A DNA stretch of 43,680 nt from Deltaproteobacteria bacterium. GTDB taxonomy: Bacteria > Myxococcota_A > UBA9160 > SMWR01. Under the pieces are notes generated by a model, which was not told the origin of the DNA, did no database searches, and saw nothing but the letters and a program-made list of their open reading frames with translations. Both the position numbers and the translations under genes were made by a program. Positions 19,005 through 26,165 of this stretch are shown piece by piece (within the stretch, counting starts at the first letter, position 1; the number at the start of each line of letters is the position of its first letter). The stretch is taken from the NCBI GenBank assembly GCA_024640705.1, contig JAHEEJ010000001.1, positions 1-43,680 on the forward strand. Reading direction: 5' to 3'.

Positions 19005-20062
19005 CAGCCGCTTTCTCCGTTGGGCTCGGGATCGAGCTGGATGGTGAGCACGAGATTCGATGTCCGGCCACTCTTGTCGCTGACGACGAGCGGGATGCGC
19101 ACGCCGCGCTCGCCACTTCGGGTGGCCTCTCCGACGGATGCAATCGAAAATTCGGAATCGAGTTGGACGGCCGCCGCCGGTTCGCCCTCGTCTTCGAGTT
19201 CGCCCCAGGGGATATCGAGCGCGGTCTGCGCGGATGCGGCCAGGTCGTCGATCAGATTGGCCTCGGGGTGCTCTTCTTCGGCGAGGATCGCGTCTTCCAT
19301 CCTGGCCGCTGCGCTGACTTCCGCAGCGGGAGCCGTCGGCGCGACCTCCTCGGCAGCGTCCATCGGCGTCGGTTCGGCAGCGGGTTCGATTGCCTCGGTC
19401 TGGATCGGTTCTGGCTGGGCCTGGAGGCCGCTGAGGCTGTCGCCGGGCTCCGCCTTGGCGTCGGTCTGGGCGGAGAACTGCTGGCCTCGCAGGCTGCGAA
19501 TCACGTGCTTGGAGAGCGTCGAAAGCGTCTGGAGGACACCCGAGTTCTCGGTCGCAATCGCCTCGAATACGGCGACTCCATTCATCCCGAGTTTCCGATG
19601 CAACTCTTCGATCGCATAGGGATCCGCTAGATCGCGCTTGTTGTATTGCAAGACGAGGGGAACGTCTTCGAGCTCGCGCCCGTAGTCGAGCAGCATCTTG
19701 CCGAGTTCGGCCAGGCTCGACGCGTTTTCTGCGATGCGCTCTCTTTGCGAATCGACCACCATCACGATGCCGTCTACCTGGTCGAGCAGCTGCTTTCGGG
19801 TGGGCGCCTGATTGGAGCCGCCCGGGACGGCGATCATTTGAATGCGGGTCTTCAACCCTCCGACTTCGCCGAGTTCGATGGCCAGGGTTTCGTATTCGAC
19901 CGCCGGATCGATCAGGGTGGCTTCGCGTTGAATCTCCCCGCGGTGATCCGCCCTGAGCTTGCGATGGATCGACTGTAGATTCGTGGTTTTGCCGGCTCCG
20001 TCGATCCCCCAGTAGAGGATTCGCGCGTTTACCGCGGTCTCGTCGGAGTTCATCTTGGCCAT
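19004..20062 (-). CDS. MglA-like Ras-superfamily small GTPase with a ~160-aa acidic C-terminal extension
   Basis: Start re-called to the ATG at 20062 (MAKMNSDETAVNARILYWG). P-loop GIDGAGKTT, LQYNKRD (NKxD), AVPGG in place of the MglA TVPGQ. Collinear with MglA as I remember it, over about residues 1-190. Confidence 0.8.
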   Translation of the reverse strand: MAKMNSDETAVNARILYWGIDGAGKTTNLQSIHRKLRADHRGEIQREATLIDPAVEYETLAIELGEVGGLKTRIQMIAVPGGSNQAPTRKQLLDQVDGIVMVVDSQRERIAENASSLAELGKMLLDYGRELEDVPLVLQYNKRDLADPYAIEELHRKLGMNGVAVFEAIATENSGVLQTLSTLSKHVIRSLRGQQFSAQTDAKAEPGDSLSGLQAQPEPIQTEAIEPAAEPTPMDAAEEVAPTAPAAEVSAAARMEDAILAEEEHPEANLIDDLAASAQTALDIPWGELEDEGEPAAAVQLDSEFSIASVGEATRSGERGVRIPLVVSDKSGRTSNLVLTIQLDPEPNGESG

Positions 20063-21168
20063 CAGACCTTCCCCTTCCTGGACAATATGCGGCGGGCGTG
20101 AGTGGAAATGACTCGCGAAACGTCTCGGCTTCGCATCAAATTGCGCAGATCCTTGTCCTGTAGGTAATTGACGAATTTCACCGCCATCGACTGCGGGCAC
20201 TTGGGGTTCGCGGCGAGGGCCAGTTTGATCTGGTAGTTGCGCGTCCAATCCTTGTTCATCGCAATTACGCGATACACCTCATCGCAGACGTTGCGCGACT
20301 GCGCGATCGCGATGATTTCGGACTCGGTGATCTTGGGGCTGGTGGCCACCGAAATTGCGACGAGTTTGTTGCGATCCCGTACGAGCAGACTGCGCGCCTC
20401 CTTGTTTCCCATTCGGCCGATCTGGATCTTCTGGAAGACGGTCATCTGCTGGACCAGCTGGAAGAGGTTGCCCTGCTGGAGTTCCTGGATCTGTTCCTCG
20501 GTAATGTCCTCGCCCTTCTCCTCGACGAGTTGTTTGACGTAGTGGCCCATTTCGTCGCCGAGTACCGCGCGCAGCGCGGCTTCGGCTTCCTGGTCGGTGA
20601 TTGCCGATTCGTCGCGCTGTCCGTCGAGATTCTCGGCGACTTCACTCGCTCCGATGAAATTGAGGATCCGCTCGATGACTGCGCGCCCCGTGAGGGGATT
20701 GGTGCCGAGCGCATCGACGATCTCGGGTGCGCGCAGTATGCGGTCCTGATTGTTCGAGATGATCTCCACGACCTTCTTGTGCGGCGAGGCGGCGAGCTTT
20801 GCAATCGTCGCATCGTCGGTCGCGGGGTTGAGGGCGATCATTTCGAGCTGGTCGGATTTGTCCGCGCGGCAGCCTGCAAAAAACGAGAGCAGGGCTGGAT
20901 GGCTCGGGCCGCTCAGCACGGCGTTCGTGATGGTTGCGGGCAGACTTTCGAGACTGTCGCGCGCGGTCGATTTGACTTCGGCGTCCGGATCGTGTGTCAG
21001 TGCGAAGAGCACGGTGGCGAGTTCGATTGCGGGCAGGGGCAGGGCGCCTTTCGCCGCCATCAGGCGCGTGTCTCGCGGAGCGTCCTGCCGCGCATAGCGC
21101 TCTGCGCGCTTGGACAGGGTCAAGCGGATCTTTTTCGCCTGTCGCTCCATTGACGCGCTTCCCCGCAT
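20062..21168 (-). CDS. All-alpha helical-repeat protein (HEAT/LRV-like), function unknown
   Basis: 368 aa. Recurrent helix-turn units containing NPxT/NPKCP turns (ALNPATDDATIAKLAASP, LGTNPLTGRAVIERIL, LAANPKCPQSMAVKFV). An alternative start is the ATG at 21150 (MERQAKK), with GGGGAAG upstream. Confidence 0.6.
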   Translation of the reverse strand: MRGSASMERQAKKIRLTLSKRAERYARQDAPRDTRLMAAKGALPLPAIELATVLFALTHDPDAEVKSTARDSLESLPATITNAVLSGPSHPALLSFFAGCRADKSDQLEMIALNPATDDATIAKLAASPHKKVVEIISNNQDRILRAPEIVDALGTNPLTGRAVIERILNFIGASEVAENLDGQRDESAITDQEAEAALRAVLGDEMGHYVKQLVEEKGEDITEEQIQELQQGNLFQLVQQMTVFQKIQIGRMGNKEARSLLVRDRNKLVAISVATSPKITESEIIAIAQSRNVCDEVYRVIAMNKDWTRNYQIKLALAANPKCPQSMAVKFVNYLQDKDLRNLMRSRDVSRVISTHARRILSRKGKV

Positions 21169-21221
21169 TCTCGCCGGGGCAGCGTGCCCCGACCCAAGGC
21201 CGGCCTTCGACCTCCGGCCGG

Positions 21222-23276
21222 CTATGCACCCTCCGCCGCGGCGGTCCCGACCTCGGCGATGACCTTCTCTTTGATGTGACTCGGTGCTTCGTCGTAATGG
21301 GAGAACTCCATGTGGAATTCCCCCTGTCCTCCGGTCATGCTCGTCAGCTGGCTCGCGTACTCGAGCATCTCTGACATCGGCACTTGTGCCTGGATGACCT
21401 GAGTCGAACCTTTCGCTTCACTCGATTGGACCCGGCCGCGCCGGCTCGAGAGATCCCCCATGATGTCGCCCACGAAGGTTCCCGGGATCGAGACTTCGAC
21501 GTCCATCACGGGCTCGAGCAGGACCGGTTTCGCCTTCTGGACGGCCGCCTTGAGGCCAAAAGACCCCGCAAGCTTGAACGCCATCTCGTTCGAGTCCACG
21601 GCGTGGTGTTTGCCATCGATGCAGTGGACCCGGACATCGACGACCGGGTAGCCGGCGAGGGGTCCGGCCTCGCAGGCCGCGTAGATCCCCTTCTCGACAG
21701 CCGGGATCAGGCTCCTGGGGATGGAGCCGCCCTTGATTTCGTCCACGAACTCGATTCCTTCCCCGCGGGGCTTCGGCTCGACGGTGAGGTAACAGACGCC
21801 GAACATCCCCTTGCCTCCGGTCTGCTTCTTGAGCTTTCCCTCTACGTTCTCGGCTCGGCGCGTGATGGTCTCGCGGTAGGGGACCTTCGGTCTCTTCAGC
21901 TCGACATCGACCCCGAACAAGCGTTGTAGTTTTTGCATCGTGATCCGGACGTGAAGCTCGCCCATCCCGGTGAGAAGGAACTCGCCGGTGGAGGCTTCTC
22001 GGCCGAGGTGGAGGGTCGGATCTTCCTCCACGAGTCGGCCGAGCGAGGCGTAAACTTTATCCTCATCCCCCTTTGATTTCGCTGAGATGGCGTATGAAAT
22101 GACACCCTGCGGAATCGGGATCTCACGCAGCGTGGGGGCGCCTTTTTCCGCCGTGAGCACGTCTCCCGTGTGGGTGTCCTTGAGCTTCGCAACGGCGACG
22201 ATGTCGCCCGGGCCGGCTGAATCGACTTCCACGTGTTCGATGCCCCGCAGCAGCTGGAGCTTGCCGAAGCGCTCCCGCTGATCTCGCGTGGGGTTCAGCA
22301 CGTTCGAGTCCGAGTGCGCGGTTCCGGAGACCACCCGAAACACCGACAGTGCCCCCGCGTAGCGATCGATGACGGTCTTGAATACCACTGCCGCAAACGG
22401 CGCATCGGGATCGGCGGCCACGGGTTCACCGTTGGCATCCTTCCAGGGCCTGCGGTCGGCGGCCGAAGGCAGCAGTTGAATGGCCCCCTGCATGAGCGTT
22501 TCGACGCCGAGTTCCGAGAGCGCCGCGCCACAGAAGACCGGCGTCACCTGACGGCCGTGGGTCGCGATGACGAGGCCCTTTGCGACTTCCGCATCCGTGA
22601 GTTCGCCCTCTTCGAGGTATTTCTCGAGCAGGGAATCGTCGCACTCGGCTACGGCCTCGACGAGTTGCGCGCGTGCGTCGGCGGCCGCTTCTGCGAGTTC
22701 GCTCGGGATCTCCGATTCTCCGGACGCAGTCATCGCCTTCATCTTCAGCAGGTCGATGACGCCCTTGAAGTCGTCGCCGTGGCCGATCGGCAGGCTGACG
22801 GCCACCGGATTGGCACCCAACTGCTTCAGTGCGTCGATCATGGCCGGGAAGTCACTTCGCTCTTTGTCCAATGCGTTGACGAACGCGAGCAGCGGAATCT
22901 CCTTCGATCGACAGAATTTCCACATGCGCTGGGTTCCCACCTTGGGTCCGGAGGCCGCGGACACCAGCAGGATCGCTCCGTCGAGCGCGCAGAGTGCAAT
23001 GCGTCCGTCGGCCTGGAAATTGGAATCCCCTGGAGTGTCGACGAGCGTGAGGTGCTTGCCCGACCATTCGAAGCCGAAGACGGATGAGGTCAGGGTGGAC
23101 TGGCGCTCCTTCTCCTCGGGAAGCGTGCTCAGGTGTGAGGTCCCTTCGGTGACGATTCCCAACGAGGTGGTCGCGCCCGCGCGATGCAGGATGGCTTCGC
23201 CGAGCGAAGTCTTGCCATCGCCTGTGTGTCCGATCAGTGCAAAGCAGTGGGTATCGTTGACCTTCACGTCTTTCAT
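21222..23276 (-). CDS. Elongation factor G paralogue (EF-G II-like translational GTPase)
   Basis: 684 aa with EF-G domain order. G1 GHTGDGKTS, G3 DTPGDSNF, G4 NALD. Domain IV/V segments (GMGELHV, HAVDSNEMAFK). GAAGGAGG RBS. Confidence 0.88.
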   Translation of the reverse strand: MKDVKVNDTHCFALIGHTGDGKTSLGEAILHRAGATTSLGIVTEGTSHLSTLPEEKERQSTLTSSVFGFEWSGKHLTLVDTPGDSNFQADGRIALCALDGAILLVSAASGPKVGTQRMWKFCRSKEIPLLAFVNALDKERSDFPAMIDALKQLGANPVAVSLPIGHGDDFKGVIDLLKMKAMTASGESEIPSELAEAAADARAQLVEAVAECDDSLLEKYLEEGELTDAEVAKGLVIATHGRQVTPVFCGAALSELGVETLMQGAIQLLPSAADRRPWKDANGEPVAADPDAPFAAVVFKTVIDRYAGALSVFRVVSGTAHSDSNVLNPTRDQRERFGKLQLLRGIEHVEVDSAGPGDIVAVAKLKDTHTGDVLTAEKGAPTLREIPIPQGVISYAISAKSKGDEDKVYASLGRLVEEDPTLHLGREASTGEFLLTGMGELHVRITMQKLQRLFGVDVELKRPKVPYRETITRRAENVEGKLKKQTGGKGMFGVCYLTVEPKPRGEGIEFVDEIKGGSIPRSLIPAVEKGIYAACEAGPLAGYPVVDVRVHCIDGKHHAVDSNEMAFKLAGSFGLKAAVQKAKPVLLEPVMDVEVSIPGTFVGDIMGDLSSRRGRVQSSEAKGSTQVIQAQVPMSEMLEYASQLTSMTGGQGEFHMEFSHYDEAPSHIKEKVIAEVGTAAAEGA

Positions 23277-23296
23277 CTGGGCCTCCTTCGAGCGGC

Positions 23297-24091
23297 TTAT
23301 GAATTGGACCGGTTCTTTTCAAAAATCAACCTGAGGCCTTCCAGTGTCAGGAAGGGCTCGACTCGATCGATGACTCTGCATTCGGCGGAAACCCGGCCCG
23401 CGAGCCCGCCGGTGGCGACCACCCGGGCGTCGGCTCCGAGTTCGCCGCGAATTCGCTCGACCATCGAGTCCACGACTCCTGCGAATCCGTAGAGGAGCCC
23501 GGATTGGAGGGCCCCGGTCGTGGTCTTTCCGATCACACTGCGCGGACGCACGAGTTCGACCTGGTGGAGCATCGAGGCGCGCTCGAACAGCGCGGCCATC
23601 GAGGTGTGGATCCCCGGGAAGATGGCGCCGCCGAGGTACTCGCCGTCCTTCGACACACAGTCGAAGGTCGTCGCCGTGCCGAAGTCGACCGCAATCACCG
23701 GGCCTCCGAGCAGTTCGAATGCGGCCAGTGAATTGACGATCCGATCGGCGCCGACCTCGCGTGGGTTGTCGTAACGCACGGGGATGCCGGTGCGGATGCC
23801 CGGGCCGACCACGAGGGGCGGGCGCCCGAAGAGCTTGGTCGAGACCCGCTCCCAGATCGGGAGCAGCGGTGGCACCACGCTCGAGATCACGATGTCCGTG
23901 ACTTCCCCGCAATCGCGATCGACGTGCCGAAACAGCTCACGCACCGTCAGTGCGGTCTCATCCGACGTTTGCTCGCGATGGGTGCCGATGCGCCAGTGTT
24001 CGGAAAGCGTGGCCGCGCCGCTGGCGGGATAGTCGAAAACTCCCAGGGATACGTTCGTGTTCCCGATGTCGATGGCGAGTAGGGTGGTCAA
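23297..24091 (-). CDS. coaX: Type III pantothenate kinase
   Basis: LLAIDIGNTN and VIAVDFGTATTFD motifs. Start re-called to the TTG at 24091, which has AAGGAGAG upstream and overlaps the birA TGA (TTGA). The upstream 71 codons of the track ORF are Arg-rich junk. Confidence 0.88.
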   Translation of the reverse strand: MTTLLAIDIGNTNVSLGVFDYPASGAATLSEHWRIGTHREQTSDETALTVRELFRHVDRDCGEVTDIVISSVVPPLLPIWERVSTKLFGRPPLVVGPGIRTGIPVRYDNPREVGADRIVNSLAAFELLGGPVIAVDFGTATTFDCVSKDGEYLGGAIFPGIHTSMAALFERASMLHQVELVRPRSVIGKTTTGALQSGLLYGFAGVVDSMVERIRGELGADARVVATGGLAGRVSAECRVIDRVEPFLTLEGLRLIFEKNRSNS

Positions 24092-25086
24092 TGGCTCTCC
24101 TTGGCCAGCGTTACATCGCCTGCGATCACCCGGATCACGTCTCCGGTTTCCAGTTGGAGACGCAACGCGCCATCGCCGTCGATGCCCAGCGCGGTTCCGC
24201 GGCGTTCGCAACCGTCGAGTTCGAGCACGCTGACCTGCTGGCCGCGCATCTGGAAGCGCGCATCGAACTTGTCGCGCACGCCATCGAAGCCGCGGTCCGC
24301 GCAAACGTCCAGGGTCCCTTCGAGGTTACCGTACAGACGCCTCGCGAATGCCAATCGATCGACGGGGCGACCGCTGTGGCTCGCGAGGCTCGTCGCGCGG
24401 TCTCGGAACTCGTCGGGGAACTGGTTGCGGTCGACATTGAGGTTGACGCCGATTCCGAGCACCAGGAAGTCGACCCGGGTGGCCTCGGCGCCGAGTTCCA
24501 TCAGGATTCCAGAAGTCTTGAGGCCGCCGAGCAGCACGTCATTCGGCCATTTGATCGAGACATCGCCCGCCTTTCCGAGCGTCTGTTCGATGGTCTCGGC
24601 AACGGAAACCGCCGCTGCGAGGATCCAGCTCGGTGCTTCTGCGGTGTGGATTCTGGGCCGCAGGACGATCGAGGTGTAGAGGTTCGCGGAGGGGGGAGAG
24701 AAGAAGGAGCGCCCGAGGCGGCCCCTCCCGGCCGTCTGTTGATCCGCGACGACGGTGGTTCCGTGGGCGGCGCCGGATCGCGCGAGATCGAGCGCGACCC
24801 GATTGGTGGAATCGACGGTCTCGAAGTAGTGGATCTCCGTCGCGAGCCAGCTGGTTTCCAGGCCGGTCTGGATCTCTTCTACGTAGAGGCGATCGGGAAT
24901 CTCGGCAAGTCGATAGCCGCCGCCCGGATCGCCATCGATCGTGTAGCCGCGAGCTCGCAACGCTTCGACGTGTTTCCACACCTGTGCGCGCGTTACCCCA
25001 AGTCGGGACGAGAGCACTTCACCTGAACAGGTTTCACCACCGGCGCGGCGGAGAGCATCGAGAATGCGCGCCGGGCCGCCCGTCAC
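24088..25086 (-). CDS. birA: Bifunctional biotin-[acetyl-CoA-carboxylase] ligase / biotin operon repressor
   Basis: N-terminal wHTH (ILDALRRAGGETCSGEVLSSRLGVTRAQVWKHVEALR). GRGRxGR motif in ADQQTAGRGRLGRSF. GTG start overlapping the nadC TGA (GTGA). Confidence 0.9.
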   Translation of the reverse strand: MTGGPARILDALRRAGGETCSGEVLSSRLGVTRAQVWKHVEALRARGYTIDGDPGGGYRLAEIPDRLYVEEIQTGLETSWLATEIHYFETVDSTNRVALDLARSGAAHGTTVVADQQTAGRGRLGRSFFSPPSANLYTSIVLRPRIHTAEAPSWILAAAVSVAETIEQTLGKAGDVSIKWPNDVLLGGLKTSGILMELGAEATRVDFLVLGIGVNLNVDRNQFPDEFRDRATSLASHSGRPVDRLAFARRLYGNLEGTLDVCADRGFDGVRDKFDARFQMRGQQVSVLELDGCERRGTALGIDGDGALRLQLETGDVIRVIAGDVTLAKESH

Positions 25087-25967
25087 GCGGGAGCCCTCCC
25101 TGGTTTGGCGACCACGTCCTCGATTTCCAGCGCGACATCCGCCGCGGGTGCAGAATGGGTCAGGGCACCGATGGAGATGCGATGCACGCCGGTCTCGGCG
25201 ATTTCACGCACATTGCCGAGGTGAACGCCGCCCGAGACCTCGAGCTGGGCGCGGTCCGCGAGTTGTGCGGCGATGGCTCGCATTTCGGCCGGCGTGCGGT
25301 TGTCGAGCAGCAGGTAGTCGGCGCCCGACTCGACCGCCTCGATCGCTTGCGCTTCGCTCTCGACTTCGACGCAAACCCGCAGGTTCGCGGGCGCGGCGGC
25401 GAGCGCGGCTTTGACCGCGAGCCCCACGCCTCCGGCGATCGCGACGTGATTGTCCTTGAGCAAGATGCCGTCGTACAAGCCGACGCGGTGGTTCGTGGCG
25501 CCGCCCACTGCGGTCGCGTATTTGTCGAGGCCCCTCCAGCCGGGCAGGGTCTTGCGCGTGTCGACGATGCGAACGCCCGTGCCCTTCACGGCGTCGACAA
25601 AACGGTGTGTCCAGGTTGCGACGCCGCACATTCGCATCAGGAAATTCAGCGCCGTTCGTTCGGCGGCGAGGATGCCGCGCAGATCTCCCTGTACGGTTGC
25701 CAGGATGTCTCCGGGTTCCGCCTGCTCGCCGTCGCGGATCAGGGTTCGAAGCTGGAGCTGGGCATCGATTTCGCGAAACACCGCGAACGCGATCTCGAGT
25801 CCGCACACGACCAGGGGCTGGCGGGCTTCGATGATCGCAGAGCCCTGGCGGCCGGCCTCTACGACCAGGGGTGTCGTCGCGTCGCCGGCGCCGATGTCCT
25901 CGCCGACCGCCAATTCGACGAGCGGAAACCAGGTTCGCTCCGGCGGGAGGGCCGGCGGAAAACCCAT
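25083..25967 (-). CDS. nadC: Nicotinate-nucleotide diphosphorylase (carboxylating)
   Basis: AERTALNFLMRMCGVAT, DTRKTLPGWRGLDKYA, GILLKDNH. Start re-called to the ATG at 25967. Confidence 0.9.
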   Translation of the reverse strand: MGFPPALPPERTWFPLVELAVGEDIGAGDATTPLVVEAGRQGSAIIEARQPLVVCGLEIAFAVFREIDAQLQLRTLIRDGEQAEPGDILATVQGDLRGILAAERTALNFLMRMCGVATWTHRFVDAVKGTGVRIVDTRKTLPGWRGLDKYATAVGGATNHRVGLYDGILLKDNHVAIAGGVGLAVKAALAAAPANLRVCVEVESEAQAIEAVESGADYLLLDNRTPAEMRAIAAQLADRAQLEVSGGVHLGNVREIAETGVHRISIGALTHSAPAADVALEIEDVVAKPGRAPA

Positions 25968-26165
25968 GTGAGCTCCATCGGCCCGTTGTGATGGCGAGAC
26001 GCTGCACGCGCAGCGCGCGCCGTCGGACACCCCGGGGGCCGGGCGGGGGAAGTCGAGGATAGCCGAAGCGAACGCGAGCGGTTCAGTGGATCGCAAACGC
26101 GAGGGTGGGGCGCATCGGAGGGGGGAATCGGCGATCGGAGTCCGTCCCGCCCATCGGCGGCCGGA

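Noticed and set aside
19007-19141. Possible PilZ-type c-di-GMP motifs (RSGER as RxxxR, DKSG as DxSxxG) in the tail of the MglA-like GTPase
   Set aside because: The second motif does not fit DxSxxG (Gly is at +3, not +5). The spacing between the motifs is ~9 aa instead of ~20-30. Only ~45 residues are available, which is too short for a PilZ barrel.
25968-26165. 198-nt nadC leader as a possible NAD-responsive riboswitch or other cis-regulatory RNA
   Set aside because: I cannot recognise any defined riboswitch consensus by eye. It needs an Rfam/Infernal scan before any claim can be made.
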